Origin: Nanobdellota archaeon
GTDB lineage: Archaea > Nanobdellota > Nanobdellia > CSSed11-243R1
Length of the DNA: 64,000 nt
Reading direction: 5' to 3'
Assembly: GCA_021163365.1 (NCBI GenBank)
Contig: JAGGWW010000006.1
Coordinates: 4,123-68,122, forward strand
The notes below the pieces were generated by a model. The model did not search any database. It saw only the letters and a program-made list of their open reading frames with translations, and had not been told where the DNA came from. Shown one piece after another: positions 30,373 through 40,616 of this stretch (the first letter of the stretch is position 1; each line of letters begins with the position of its first letter). The position numbers and the translations under genes were made by a program.

Positions 30373-31144
30373 AATGGTCCTCAAAAACCTGAGCTTGTGT
30401 TTCATAAAATATTCCAATTGGTATCTTTTCTTTTTCATCTGCTTTTTTCATTGCTTGCTCAAAGTTTGAAGTATCATGCCCTTCTGCATTTAAATCATAA
30501 ACCTTTTTATTGTAAAAATTATATGTATTATTAAAAGCAACACAAGGTTGTAAAACATCAACAAAAGAAAACCCTTTATGTTTAACAGCTTTTTTAATTA
30601 ATTCCTTAAGATGCTCTGGCTTTCCAGCGTATCCCCTTGCAACAAATGTTGCTCCAGAAACAAGCATCAGCTTAATAGGATTAAGTGGATTTTCTATGCT
30701 CCCTTTTGGTGTGGATTTACCTTTAAATCCTTTTGGTGAAGTTGCTGTAAATTGTCCTGTTGTTAGTGCAAAAACACCATTATCATGAACTACTATGGTA
30801 ATGTCTGTGTTTCTCTTTGCAGCATGAATAAGATGTGATATTCCCTCGTCATAAATATCTCCATCTCCAACAAAACCAATTGCAACTAAATCTTTGTTTG
30901 CTAATTTTATCCCTGTTAAAGTTGGTGGGACTCTTCCATGAATTGAATAAAATGAATTAACATTAATATAATCAACAATCTTAGCATGGCATCCTATGCC
31001 ACTTGCAATTACAAATTTTTCTTTTGGTATTCCTTCTTTTATTAATTCATTTATCGCATTCTTAACTGATGTAAGAATCCCAAAGTTTCCGCATCCTGGG
31101 CACCATGTTATCTCAGCATAAGTATCTAACTTCACTTTAACCAC
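30365..31144 (-). CDS. 2-oxoacid:ferredoxin oxidoreductase beta subunit (TPP-binding)
   Basis: [12 protein letters not shown]/Fe-S motif; GDG...N TPP-binding region. Confidence 0.8.
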   Translation of the reverse strand: MVKVKLDTYAEITWCPGCGNFGILTSVKNAINELIKEGIPKEKFVIASGIGCHAKIVDYINVNSFYSIHGRVPPTLTGIKLANKDLVAIGFVGDGDIYDEGISHLIHAAKRNTDITIVVHDNGVFALTTGQFTATSPKGFKGKSTPKGSIENPLNPIKLMLVSGATFVARGYAGKPEHLKELIKKAVKHKGFSFVDVLQPCVAFNNTYNFYNKKVYDLNAEGHDTSNFEQAMKKADEKEKIPIGIFYETQAQVFEDHFN

Positions 31145-32781
31145 CTTTTTAATTCATTTAATAACTCAATTGGTTCAAACTCTCTTGAATCATACTTAAG
31201 AATCTTATTTTTAATTTCAATTCCCGTATTAAGCTTAATAAGGTTGGCAAGTTGTCCTGTTGCATTTGCTTCAACACAAACTATCTTCTTTGCATTTTTC
31301 AAATGCTTTTCAACAGATTTCTTAGGAAATGGAAGCATATAAATTATTTGAACAATCTTAACATTCTTCAAACCCTTTGCAGCTTCAAGAACAGCGCCGA
31401 TTGAAGAACCCCAAGTTACAATAACATTCTTTCCTTTTCCATAAACTTTAACAGCTTCAAGCTTTTCAACTTCTTTTTCAATTGCTTTCATTTTTCTCAA
31501 TCTTTTCTGTTGCATTTTTTTTACTACTTCCGGCTCTTCCGTTGTTATGCCAAACTCATCATGCTCATAACTTGATGCTTTTACTACGCTGTCTTTTGTT
31601 CCAGGAAATGCTATTGGCGAAACACCATCTTTTGTTATCAAATATCTTTTGTAGTTCTTTCCACCATTTGATGTTTTTATCTTTACTTTCTTAAGGTTTT
31701 TAACCTCAAATGTTTTCAAACTCTCGCTTAGGTGTTTGTCGCTTAATAAAATAACTGGTACTTGATATTTCCAAGCAAGATAAAGTGCTTCTGCAGACTT
31801 ATAATAAGCTTGTTCATTTGTTCCAGGAGCAATCACTACTTTTGGAAACTCTCCATGCCCAGCATTTAATACAAAGTTTAAATCAGCTTGTGAAGTGTAT
31901 GTTGGAACACCCGTGCTTGGTCCTGGTCTTTGACACTCAACTATCACAATTGGTGTTTCTGACATTCCAGCAAGACTTAATGCTTCATTCATCAAAGCAA
32001 AGCCACCACCAGAAGTACCAATCATTGTTTTTGCACCAGCGTATGCGCTTCCTAATGCCATGTTTATTACAGATATTTCATTTTCTGGCTGCACTACTTT
32101 TAGTTTAAACTTTTGAGAATTTTTTGCTAAATAATGCAGTATTGAAGTTGCTGGTGTCATTGGATATGCAATGTAAATATCTAAACCTGCTCTTACTGCG
32201 CCGTATGCTATTGCTGTGTTTCCACTCATTACTTCTTTTGGCTTTCCAATCTTTTTTAATCTTAAAATTTGTTTAACATTCTCTTTTGCAAAAGTGTATC
32301 CCTTCTGAGCTATTACAATGTTCTTATCTGCTTTTTCAGGATAAACTTTTTTTAATACACTTTTTACAATTTTAAAATCAATCCCTAAAGCATAAGAAAG
32401 TGCACCTAACAAAGCAACATTTCTCATTATTTTAATTCCACCAACTTCTTTTACAAAATCTTGAGCAGGTATTCCAATCGCACCTTTATATGAAAATGAA
32501 TTTGAATCATACAAAATTATTCCGTTTTTCTTAAGCTCTTTCTTATGTTTATCAATTGTTTTTTTATCTAACGCGATAAGCACATCTGTTTCTTTATAAT
32601 GACTAAAAATCGGTTTTTTGTCAAAAGATATTTTGTTAAAATTATGTCCGCCTGTGATTAAAGAAGGGTAGTCATCAAGAACAAAAACATAGTACCCCAA
32701 TTGACTTAAAATATTTGCAAAAAGCTTCCCAGCAGCTTTTATCCCATCACCAGCTTTGCCGCCAATTGTTATTGTTTTCAT
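31132..32781 (-). CDS. 2-oxoacid:ferredoxin oxidoreductase alpha subunit (gamma-alpha fusion)
   Basis: 549 aa. Upstream of and overlapping the beta subunit. Typical two-subunit OFOR. Confidence 0.8.
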   Translation of the reverse strand: MKTITIGGKAGDGIKAAGKLFANILSQLGYYVFVLDDYPSLITGGHNFNKISFDKKPIFSHYKETDVLIALDKKTIDKHKKELKKNGIILYDSNSFSYKGAIGIPAQDFVKEVGGIKIMRNVALLGALSYALGIDFKIVKSVLKKVYPEKADKNIVIAQKGYTFAKENVKQILRLKKIGKPKEVMSGNTAIAYGAVRAGLDIYIAYPMTPATSILHYLAKNSQKFKLKVVQPENEISVINMALGSAYAGAKTMIGTSGGGFALMNEALSLAGMSETPIVIVECQRPGPSTGVPTYTSQADLNFVLNAGHGEFPKVVIAPGTNEQAYYKSAEALYLAWKYQVPVILLSDKHLSESLKTFEVKNLKKVKIKTSNGGKNYKRYLITKDGVSPIAFPGTKDSVVKASSYEHDEFGITTEEPEVVKKMQQKRLRKMKAIEKEVEKLEAVKVYGKGKNVIVTWGSSIGAVLEAAKGLKNVKIVQIIYMLPFPKKSVEKHLKNAKKIVCVEANATGQLANLIKLNTGIEIKNKILKYDSREFEPIELLNELKRWLK

Positions 32782-32867
32782 TCACCTCACCTATGAAATC
32801 AAGAAGTTCTCTATTTAATTATTTTTGGTTTAGTAAGGTTTATATGCAATAAAATAATAGAAGAAGT

Positions 32868-33476
32868 GTGATTCAAATTCAATTTTTTAAAGAGGGTGAA
32901 TTGATTAGAATTACTGATGAGAATATTTTATACGAAAGCCAGGTACGTATTCCCTATTTTAACAAATCTAATCCTTACGACAGCTCAGAACTTATAAATA
33001 TCTTAGGAAGCAAAGGGTGGAGCTTTGATGGAAGGATGCTAACTAAAAAGGATACAATCGATAATTTAGTGTACTGCATTTCTTTTATAAAATCTTGGAG
33101 AGAGGTATATGATTCTTTAGCAGAAAAAGTAAAAGAGACTTTTAAGTCAAAAGATGGTTATGAGTTCTCTGAGACATATCATGTATTAGATGGAGTTCCT
33201 CTTACAGAAGAAATGTTTCTTAACGAAATAGAAAGATTAACGCAGAATATTGTTGAAAAGGAAAATAAAGCTTTTGAAAATATTCCAATTGTTAGAAAAG
33301 TGAATGCTAACTGTGTATATCTCAATGAAAAAGATGCATTTAAAAAAATAATGGCGTCTGCATTTGAAAATGGAGAAATTTATCAAAAAATTATTGGATA
33401 TTTGTTTAACAACGGATTCCATCTAGGTCATTTAATAATAGATGAAATTAAGTATTTTCCACCAGAAGACCAATGA
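32868..33476 (+). CDS. hypothetical protein
   Basis: 202-aa ORF. Confidence 0.3.
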   Translation: MIQIQFFKEGELIRITDENILYESQVRIPYFNKSNPYDSSELINILGSKGWSFDGRMLTKKDTIDNLVYCISFIKSWREVYDSLAEKVKETFKSKDGYEFSETYHVLDGVPLTEEMFLNEIERLTQNIVEKENKAFENIPIVRKVNANCVYLNEKDAFKKIMASAFENGEIYQKIIGYLFNNGFHLGHLIIDEIKYFPPEDQ

Positions 33477-33512
33477 TTAAATGTTATAAACCACCTTTTC
33501 CTTTCTTTATCT

Positions 33513-34238
33513 ATGCGAAAAGAAAAAGAGATTTTCAAAATATACAAAGAAGTTTTTGATTTGTCTACAGAAAAGACTATCTACAAATTATCAAATGATG
33601 GATACATAGACTACTTTATTGGACCAATATCAACGGGAAAAGAAGCAAATGTTTTTCTTGCAAAAAATCCAGAAGGAGAAAGCATAGCAGTTAAGATATA
33701 TAGAATTGAAACAAGCAACTTCAAAAATATGTGGAAGTATATAGCGGGTGATGAAAGATTTAGCAATGTTAAGAAGAGAAGAAGAGATATTGTGTTTGCA
33801 TGGGCAAGGAAAGAGTTTAAAAACTTAGAACTTGCAAAAAGAGCAAAGGCTAGCGCACCAGAGCCAATTGCATGTAGAAATAATGTATTAGTAATGGAAT
33901 TTATTGGAACAAACAACATACCAGCTCCAATTGCTAAAATAGCACCTCCAAAGAAACCAGAAACATGGTTTAAAAAAATATTTAAAGACATAAAAAGACT
34001 TTATCAAAAAGCAAATCTTGTACATGGAGACTTAAGTGAATACAATATATTAAACAACAAAGAAAAACCAGTTTTAATAGACTTTGGGCAAGGTGTTCTT
34101 TTTGACCACCCAAATGCAAATCAGATGTTAATGAATGACGTAAAGAACATAGCAAATTGGTTAAAGAAACTTGGTTTAAAATTACCAAGCATAGATGAGC
34201 TGTTTAAATTTGTGGTAGGTAAAAATGGAAGAATATGA
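33513..34238 (+). CDS. rio1: RIO-type serine/threonine protein kinase (Rio1-like)
   Basis: VHGDLSEYNIL catalytic loop and IDFGQ metal-binding motif. No N-terminal wHTH, so Rio1-like. Confidence 0.75.
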   Translation: MRKEKEIFKIYKEVFDLSTEKTIYKLSNDGYIDYFIGPISTGKEANVFLAKNPEGESIAVKIYRIETSNFKNMWKYIAGDERFSNVKKRRRDIVFAWARKEFKNLELAKRAKASAPEPIACRNNVLVMEFIGTNNIPAPIAKIAPPKKPETWFKKIFKDIKRLYQKANLVHGDLSEYNILNNKEKPVLIDFGQGVLFDHPNANQMLMNDVKNIANWLKKLGLKLPSIDELFKFVVGKNGRI

Positions 34239-34761
34239 ACAGGTTATAAAAATACCAAAAGAAAGGGTTGCAGTACTTATTGGTGTAAAAGGAAAAACAA
34301 AGAAAGAAATAGAGGAAAAAACAAACACAAAGATAAGGGTTTCAAAAGAAGGAGAAGTCTCAATTAGGGGGGATTCTTTTGATGCATGGCTTACAAAACA
34401 GATTGTGAAAGCCATTGGTAGAGGTTTTTCTCCAGAAAAAGCTCTTTTATTATTAGATGAAAACTACGGATTAGAAATCATAGAGCTAAGGGATTGGGCA
34501 AAAACAAAAAACTCTTTAACAAGACTTAAAGGAAGAGTTATTGGTGAAAAAGGAAAGGCAAAAAGAACAATAGAGAATTTAACAGAAAGTTATATATCTG
34601 TGTATGGTAAAACAATTTGCATAATAGGAGAAACAAGAAAGATGCCAGCAATTAGAAGAGCAATAGAAATGCTTTTATCTGGAAGCAGACATGCAACAGT
34701 ATACAGAATGCTTGAAAATGAAAGAAAAATTTGGAGAAGACAAGAACTTTTAGGTGAATAA
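34225..34761 (+). CDS. KH-domain RNA-binding protein (Dim2/Pno1-like)
   Basis: Two KH-like segments (IGVKGKTKKEIE; IGEKGKAKRTIE). Conserved neighbour of rio in archaea. Confidence 0.7.
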   Translation: MEEYEQVIKIPKERVAVLIGVKGKTKKEIEEKTNTKIRVSKEGEVSIRGDSFDAWLTKQIVKAIGRGFSPEKALLLLDENYGLEIIELRDWAKTKNSLTRLKGRVIGEKGKAKRTIENLTESYISVYGKTICIIGETRKMPAIRRAIEMLLSGSRHATVYRMLENERKIWRRQELLGE

Positions 34762-36613
34762 AATGCCAAAAGAAGTTGAGATTGCTGAAAAACTTGGAGA
34801 AAGAATGAAAGCAGTATCAGTAGCTGAGTTTTTCAAGAAAAATAAGCACTTGCTTGGATTTGATAATCCATTGAAATCAATGCTTGTTGTTGTTAAAGAA
34901 GCTGTTGATAATGCTCTTGATGCAACCGAGGAATACGCTTATGAGTTGCAGAAAAAAGGAAAAGAAATAGAATTTCCTGAAATAAAAGTTGAAATCAAAA
35001 AGGAAGAACATGGTCTTGTAATCATCCCAGAAGGAAGCGATATACCCATTGCCGATTTGGTAAAAACTGGAAAAAGAAACTGGGATTTGGTTTTATTTGG
35101 AAAAAGATTAAGAGCATCTAAAGTTGAGGGTAATACAAAAGAATACAATGTTGAAGGAAGAAAAGTGAAACTTGTTTTTACGAGTGCAATAAAACCACAA
35201 GTTTATGTTGATGGTGTAAAAGCAAGTGTGAAAGAAAGAACATTAAAGTATAAGGTAAGTGTTACAGATAATGGTCCTGGTATAATAGAAAGTAAAATCC
35301 CTAATGTTTTTGGAAAGCTTCTTTATGGTTCAAAATTCCATAGGCTAAGACAATCAAGAGGACAGCAAGGAATAGGTATATCTTCAGCAGTTCTTTATGC
35401 TCAACAAACAACAGGAATACCTGCAAGAATAACATCAAAAGTAAAAACAAAAAGCAAAGCTGTTGTTATGGAAATTTCAATTGCTGATAACAACGAACCA
35501 ATAATCCATTCAAAAGAATATGTTGATGGCTTTGATTATGAACATGGAACAAAAGTAGAGTTAGTTATAGAAGCAGATTACAGAGAAAGTGGTGAAAAGT
35601 CAGTTTATGAATTTATAAGAAGAACAGCAATTGTTAATCCACATGCAACTTTCATATTAATTGAGCCAAACAAAAGAAAAACTGTTTTTAAAAGGACATC
35701 AAACAAATTGCCAAAAGAACCAAAGGAAATAAAACCACACCCACACGGACTTGAGTTTGGTAAACTTAAAGACATGCTCATAGCAACAAAAGCAAGAACA
35801 ATCAAATCGTTTTTAGTAAACGACTTGTCAAGAGTTAGCTCACAAATGGCGGACAATATATTAAAAAAAGTTAACATAGATGCAAACAAAAAACCAGCAG
35901 AGCTAACAAGACAAGAAATTGAAAAACTATTAAGAGCATTACATAAAGCACCATTGCAAAGACCATCTACTGATTGTTTAAGTCCAATAGGTGAAAATGC
36001 CTTAAGAAAAAGTATTCTTGCTGATACAAAAGCAGAATTTGTAGCTGTTGTTTCAAGAAAACCAACTGTTTACAAAGGTATTCCATTTTTAGTAGAAGCT
36101 GCAATAGCTTATGGTGGAGAAATAAAAAGTGAAGGAATGGCTCAAAGACTTAGATATGCGAATAAAATCCCATTACTATATGATGCAGCAGGGTGCGCAA
36201 CAACAAAAGCAATTCAAGAAATGAATTGGAAGCAGTACAAGGTTCAAAGTGTTGCTCAAAATGGTGTTCCAATGGGTCCTTATGTTATTTTAATTCACCT
36301 TGCAAGTGTTTGGGTGCCATACACATCAGAGGGTAAGAGTGCAATTGCAAGCTATCCAGAGATAATAAAAGAAATGAAGCTTGCCCTACAAGATTGCGCA
36401 AGAAAGTTAAAATCTTACTTGGGAGCAAAGATTAGAGAAGCAATAAAAGCTCAAAGAGTTAGTTTGTTTGAAGCGTATATGCCAGAATTTGCATTAGCAT
36501 TATCAAAGATTATTGGAGTAAAAGAAGATGAGATAAAAAAAGATTTAGTCAAAGTTTTATCAAAGCTAAATAAATTAAGAGCTAAACAAGAAGGGGAAGA
36601 AAATGAGAAATAA
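34754..36613 (+). CDS. top6B: DNA topoisomerase VI subunit B
   Basis: GHKL ATPase Bergerat fold (VDNALDA; TDNGPGI). Confidence 0.85.
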   Translation: MNKMPKEVEIAEKLGERMKAVSVAEFFKKNKHLLGFDNPLKSMLVVVKEAVDNALDATEEYAYELQKKGKEIEFPEIKVEIKKEEHGLVIIPEGSDIPIADLVKTGKRNWDLVLFGKRLRASKVEGNTKEYNVEGRKVKLVFTSAIKPQVYVDGVKASVKERTLKYKVSVTDNGPGIIESKIPNVFGKLLYGSKFHRLRQSRGQQGIGISSAVLYAQQTTGIPARITSKVKTKSKAVVMEISIADNNEPIIHSKEYVDGFDYEHGTKVELVIEADYRESGEKSVYEFIRRTAIVNPHATFILIEPNKRKTVFKRTSNKLPKEPKEIKPHPHGLEFGKLKDMLIATKARTIKSFLVNDLSRVSSQMADNILKKVNIDANKKPAELTRQEIEKLLRALHKAPLQRPSTDCLSPIGENALRKSILADTKAEFVAVVSRKPTVYKGIPFLVEAAIAYGGEIKSEGMAQRLRYANKIPLLYDAAGCATTKAIQEMNWKQYKVQSVAQNGVPMGPYVILIHLASVWVPYTSEGKSAIASYPEIIKEMKLALQDCARKLKSYLGAKIREAIKAQRVSLFEAYMPEFALALSKIIGVKEDEIKKDLVKVLSKLNKLRAKQEGEENEK

Positions 36614-37688
36614 AAAGGACGTAAAGAAAAAATTGGAAGAACTTGGAAAAACATTATATAAAGAAATAAAAGAAGGAAAAAATCCTTTCTTAGACATTCC
36701 AATAAGGGCATTGTCTAATGTTTATTTTAATCCAAAAACAAAGTTGATTGAGCTTGGAGATGCAAAGTCTAGAAGGTATTTCTTTAATGTTGCACATATA
36801 AGAAAATTTGTCCAAACAATTGAGGTTGCATCGCTTGCAAAAGAGCTTTTAGACGTTAACAAACATTTAAGCTTAAGACAGGTTTTCTATGCAATACGTA
36901 AAACTTTACCTGGAACCAAAATAGACATTGTTGAAGATCAAACAGAAAGTAATCAAGCAATTGAAGATTTAGAACTAATTACTGGTGCATCAAGAGAGGA
37001 ATTACATATAAATGCAAAGAAAAGTGGTGCAGCAGCTGGTAAAATTATCATTAAGGATAAAGGAGATACAATTGATTGGTCAAAGTTAGGAAGCGGTGGA
37101 TGGTCAATTCCATCAAACACAGAAGACATTGAGTTTAAGAAGGTGGATGCAAAGTTTGTAATTTATATGGAAAAAGATGCAATGTGGGAAAGACTTCACG
37201 AAGATAAAGTGTGGGAAAAGCTTAAATGTGTTATAATCGCGTCGCAAGGGCAAGCAACAAGAGGGATAAGAAGGCTTTTGAGAAGGTTAAGTGATGAACA
37301 TGGTTTACCAATTTATGTTCTAACAGATTTTGACCCATGGGGTTTTTACATCTATTCTGTGTTAAAATATGGCTCAATTGCGCTTGCACACATTTCAAAA
37401 AAATTAGCAATACCAAATGCAAAGTTCCTTGGATTAACAGCAGAGGATATAAAGAAATACAAACTAGAAAAACAGAAAATTAAGTTTAAGGATGTTGATT
37501 TAAGAAGATTAGAGCAAATAAAAGAATATGAATGGTTTAAAGATGATAAAAGATGGCAAAGACAATTTAAACTTATGAAAGAAATGAAGGGAAAGGTTGA
37601 ACTTGATGCTCTTGTTACAAGAGGTATAAGCTTTGTTTCAAATGTATATCTTCCAGAGAAAATAAAAAACAAAGATTGGATTGATTGA
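36603..37688 (+). CDS. top6A: DNA topoisomerase VI subunit A (Spo11-like)
   Basis: 361 aa following top6B with overlap. Toprim region (VLTDFDPWG). Confidence 0.85.
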   Translation: MRNKKDVKKKLEELGKTLYKEIKEGKNPFLDIPIRALSNVYFNPKTKLIELGDAKSRRYFFNVAHIRKFVQTIEVASLAKELLDVNKHLSLRQVFYAIRKTLPGTKIDIVEDQTESNQAIEDLELITGASREELHINAKKSGAAAGKIIIKDKGDTIDWSKLGSGGWSIPSNTEDIEFKKVDAKFVIYMEKDAMWERLHEDKVWEKLKCVIIASQGQATRGIRRLLRRLSDEHGLPIYVLTDFDPWGFYIYSVLKYGSIALAHISKKLAIPNAKFLGLTAEDIKKYKLEKQKIKFKDVDLRRLEQIKEYEWFKDDKRWQRQFKLMKEMKGKVELDALVTRGISFVSNVYLPEKIKNKDWID

Positions 37689-37731
37689 TCAGGAAAAGCT
37701 TTTAAAATACTAACTCTAAGTATATACAAGT

Positions 37732-37908
37732 GCCCGCGTAGCTCAAAACCCTTTCCGCTGACGCGCAAAGCGTTTACGGAAAAGGTTGGCGAAGTGGTAG
37801 AGCGGCAGCCTGTTAAGCTGTAGGTCGCAGGTTCGAACGCACCCTTTCTTAAAAGAAAGCGTGCACGGAAAGAAAATCCGTGGGTGCTCGGAAGTCCTGC
37901 CGCGGGCG
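37732..37908 (+). tRNA. tRNA-Asn(GUU) with D-loop and T-loop introns
   Basis: Acceptor GCCCGCG/CGCGGGC; anticodon stem-loop GCAGC-CTGTTAA-GCTGT. D-loop carries AACCCTTTCCGCTGACGCGCAAAGCGTTTACGGAAAAGGTTGGCGAAG. T-arm GCAGG-TTCGAAC..[~55 nt]..CCTGC. Confidence 0.6.
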
Positions 37909-38133
37909 CTTTAACAATACTCTCAAGCATGCTTGGATAAGAGCAGAAGGAAGAGGCATAGGTGCTGAAACAGTAAAATACCATTTATTGCCAGATAAAT
38001 TAGAAAGAGTTTGCAAAAGTAGAAATATGACAATACAATTGTACTTGATATATATACCTGCGCACGCTATCGCAATATCCAAAGCCATTGCGGTGAGCGA
38101 GAAGTAATAATTAAATTTATTAATGTCAATCTT

Positions 38134-38358
38134 TTGAAAAATATCATGGTGAGCACAAGAGGAGCTGTAATAGGAATCTTGATTATGTTTCTTGGCTTTT
38201 TTATAATCTATACATTTGTTTCACCAGATTTTTTATTTTCAATAGGAATAGATATTAAAACATACAACGCCATACATCAACAATGGGGATTTTGGGGGCC
38301 TGCAATAGGTGTTGCAATTGTACTTGCTGGATTAATTGCAATGGGAAAATTTAGTTGA
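38134..38358 (+). CDS. small hydrophobic membrane protein (hypothetical)
   Basis: 74 aa with two TM helices. Confidence 0.3.
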   Translation: MKNIMVSTRGAVIGILIMFLGFFIIYTFVSPDFLFSIGIDIKTYNAIHQQWGFWGPAIGVAIVLAGLIAMGKFS

Positions 38359-38576
38359 TTAAAATGGGGATTGGAAAAATCTTTTTTGGTGTTGGAATAA
38401 TTGTCATTGGGATAGTTATATGGTTCTCCTTATTTAGTGATATGTTAAATGTGTTCATAGAGTCTCCTCAAGAAAGATATAATTTTAGAGAAACGATTAG
38501 AAGATTTCAAACAATTTACTTCCTTATAATAATATTAATTGGTGTGGGTTTTGTGCTTTGGGGTTCGCAGACGTAA
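38355..38576 (+). CDS. small hydrophobic membrane protein (hypothetical)
   Basis: 73 aa with two TM helices. 4-nt overlap with the preceding ORF. Confidence 0.3.
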   Translation: MIKMGIGKIFFGVGIIVIGIVIWFSLFSDMLNVFIESPQERYNFRETIRRFQTIYFLIIILIGVGFVLWGSQT

Positions 38577-38610
38577 CTTTTAAAAGCTAATTTTAATTTC
38601 ATTTGTATAC

Positions 38611-38764
38611 GGCCCGGTAGCTTACAACCCTTTACGCTTCGCGCAAAGCGTTGACGGAAAGGGTTGGCGAAGCCTGGTTAGAGCGCTGGTCTTATATGAC
38701 GCATAGGGAATTTCCCTATGTCTAAGCTAACCAGAGGTCCGGAGTTCAAATCTCCGCCGGGCCA
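38611..38764 (+). tRNA. tRNA-Ile(UAU) (putative) with D-loop intron and canonical anticodon-loop intron
   Basis: Acceptor GGCCCGG/CCGGGCC plus A. Mature D-arm TAGCTTAG-CCTGGTTAGAGCG after removing CAACCCTTTACGCTTCGCGCAAAGCGTTGACGGAAAGGGTTGGCGAA. Anticodon stem CTGGT/ACCAG; loop CTTATA then 32-nt intron with hairpin CATAGGGAATTTCCCTATG, then A. Confidence 0.5.
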
Positions 38765-38770
38765 TTTAAG

Positions 38771-40012
38771 GTGATAACTATGAAGGTTGCAATGTTTACA
38801 GACACCTTTTTACCAAACAAAGATGGTGTTGTAACATCAATTTGTAATCATGTAAAAGGATTGAAAAAAAGAAACATTGATGTAGTTATATTTGCTCCTG
38901 GAGAAAAAACTAAGTTAGATGAATATTTTGGAGCAAGGGTTTATTATATAAAAGGTTTAGAATTTAAGAAATATCCTGGTTATAAAATTGTTCTTCCAAC
39001 AAAGTTTATCTCAAGGATAAATGCATTTTTAGAAATTGAAGAGCCAGATATTTATCATATTCATTCTCCATTCTCTCTTGGAATTGCTGGGATGTTATTT
39101 TCTTCAAAGTTCAAAAAGCCAATTGTTGGAACATTTCATACTTACTTAGAAGATTACATTGGATATCTGTTTAATGGAAATGAGAGTAGGGAGTTTTACG
39201 CTACAAAAAAAATTCTTGGCATGACGTCATGGAATTACTTTAGGTTTATTTTTAACAAATGCAGTTTTGTAATTTCTCCAACTAATGAAATTGCAAAAGT
39301 CTTAAGAAAAAAAGGATTTAAGAATATTGTAGTTGTTCCAAGTGCTGTTGATTTTGATTATCTTGATAAACAAAAAAAGATAAACATAAGAAAAAAGCAT
39401 AAGATTCCAAAAGGTTACAAAATAATTCTTTATGTTGGAAGGCTTGGATTTGAAAAGAAACTTAATGTTTTACTTGACGCGTTTAAAATGCTTAATGGAA
39501 AAAATTACTTACTTATTGTTGGAAAAGGACCTTTTGAAAAGAAGTACAAAGATTATGTAAGGAAAAACAAAATCAAAAACGTGAAATTCGTTGGGTATGT
39601 TAAAGACGAAGAGCTTTCAAGTTATTACAGGAGTTGTGATTTATTTGTAAGCCCATCAGATACAGAAACGCAAGGATTAACTCTTGTTGAAGCTATGCAT
39701 TTTGGAAAACCAGTTATAGGTGCAAATAGACTTGGTGTAAAAGAAGTAATTGCTGATTACAAAAATGGATTAAAATTCGAGCCAAACAACTCTCTTGATT
39801 TAAAAGAAAAAATTGAAAAATTGTTGAATGATAAAAAGTTATATAAAAAGATAAGCAAGAATGCAAAGGAGTGTTCTAAGAAGTATTCCATTGAAAATTC
39901 AACAAATAAGTTGATGAAAGTCTATAAAAAATCAAAATACGAAAAACTTGAAATAAAAGATATTAAAAGAAAATTAAGCAAAAGATTTAAAAGCATTTTA
40001 AATTTTGTTTAG
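38771..40012 (+). CDS. glycosyltransferase family 4
   Basis: GT-B fold. C-terminal EAMHFGKPVI...G region typical of GT4. Confidence 0.75.
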   Translation: MITMKVAMFTDTFLPNKDGVVTSICNHVKGLKKRNIDVVIFAPGEKTKLDEYFGARVYYIKGLEFKKYPGYKIVLPTKFISRINAFLEIEEPDIYHIHSPFSLGIAGMLFSSKFKKPIVGTFHTYLEDYIGYLFNGNESREFYATKKILGMTSWNYFRFIFNKCSFVISPTNEIAKVLRKKGFKNIVVVPSAVDFDYLDKQKKINIRKKHKIPKGYKIILYVGRLGFEKKLNVLLDAFKMLNGKNYLLIVGKGPFEKKYKDYVRKNKIKNVKFVGYVKDEELSSYYRSCDLFVSPSDTETQGLTLVEAMHFGKPVIGANRLGVKEVIADYKNGLKFEPNNSLDLKEKIEKLLNDKKLYKKISKNAKECSKKYSIENSTNKLMKVYKKSKYEKLEIKDIKRKLSKRFKSILNFV

Positions 40013-40017
40013 TGTAT

Positions 40018-40173
40018 GCTCCGGTAGTCTAGGCGCCCTTTCCGCTTAGAAAGGGTGGGGAAATCCGGCCAAGGATACCGGCCTTTCGAAATCAGAACCC
40101 CGGTGGGTTCCGATACCTCCTGCGACGTGGTTGGAGAAAGCCGGTGACCCGGGTTCAAATCCCGGCCGGAGCA
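40018..40173 (+). tRNA. tRNA-Glu(UUC) with D-loop intron and anticodon-loop intron
   Basis: Acceptor GCTCCGG/CCGGAGC plus A. Mature D-loop AGTCCGGCCAA after removing ~31 nt (GCGCCCTTTCCGCTTAGAAAGGGTGGGGAAA). Anticodon stem ACCGGC/GCCGGT with loop CTTTCGA, then ~50-nt intron. T-arm CCGGG-TTCAAAT-CCCGG. Confidence 0.6.
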
Positions 40174-40196
40174 TTGAAAAGAAAGTGTGAGAAAAA

Positions 40197-40313
40197 ATGA
40201 AAAGAAGCTCACGAGTTTGGAAAAAAAGAAGACAATGTAGATGGAGAACAAGAAAAAAAAGAATTAGAGAAAGAAAGAGAAAGAGAAGGCAAGAAAGAGC
40301 AAGAGCTAAGTAA
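40197..40313 (+). CDS. rpl41e: ribosomal protein eL41 (L41e), very short basic peptide
   Basis: 38-aa ORF MKRSSRVWKKRRQCRWRTRKKRIRERKRKRRQERARAK is almost entirely Arg/Lys, like eL41. Below the 60-aa threshold of the ORF track. Confidence 0.5.
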   Translation: MKRSSRVWKKRRQCRWRTRKKRIRERKRKRRQERARAK

Positions 40314-40365
40314 TCTAATTCTTACAAAATGTTTAAATATGGTTTTAATTTAGATAAATGTGAAT

Positions 40366-40513
40366 GCGGGGGTGTCCGAGCCTGGCCAAAGGAGCAGGAC
40401 TTAAGTGCCAGTGCTAAGGAATCCTGTGCCTTAGTGGCTGCGAGGGTTCAAACCAGCCTTTCTTAGAAAGAAAGCCTGGGGAAAGAAAGGTTGTGAGATT
40501 CCCTCCCCCCGCA
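40366..40513 (+). tRNA. tRNA-Leu(UAA) with anticodon-loop intron and T-loop intron
   Basis: Acceptor GCGGGGG/CCCCCGC plus A; D-loop AGCCTGGCCAAA. Anticodon stem CAGGA/TCCTG with loop CTTAAG, ~15-nt intron, then A. Variable arm GCC-TTAGT-GGC. T-arm GAGGG-TTCAAAC..[~50 nt with CCTTTCTTAGAAAGAAAGCCTGGGGAAAGAAAGG]..CCCTC. Confidence 0.55.
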
Positions 40514-40522
40514 TTCGTACAT

Positions 40523-40594
40523 GGCCCGAGTAGTTTAACGGTAGAACGAGAGGCTGTGGCCCTCTTGGCCGGGGTTCAACTCCCCGCTCGGGCC
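40523..40594 (+). tRNA. tRNA-His(GUG), intron-less, with encoded G-1
   Basis: G-1 plus acceptor GCCCGAG/CTCGGGC, discriminator C. D-arm GTTT-AACGGTA-GAAC. Anticodon stem-loop AGAGG-CTGTGGC-CCTCT. T-arm CGGGG-TTCAACT-CCCCG. Confidence 0.8.
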
Positions 40595-40616
40595 TTAATT
40601 ATCTCCTAATAGATGT

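Noticed and set aside
40009-40251. 80-aa minus-strand ORF
   Set aside because: It overlaps tRNA-Glu (40018..40173) antisense. The real small gene here is the plus-strand eL41 peptide.
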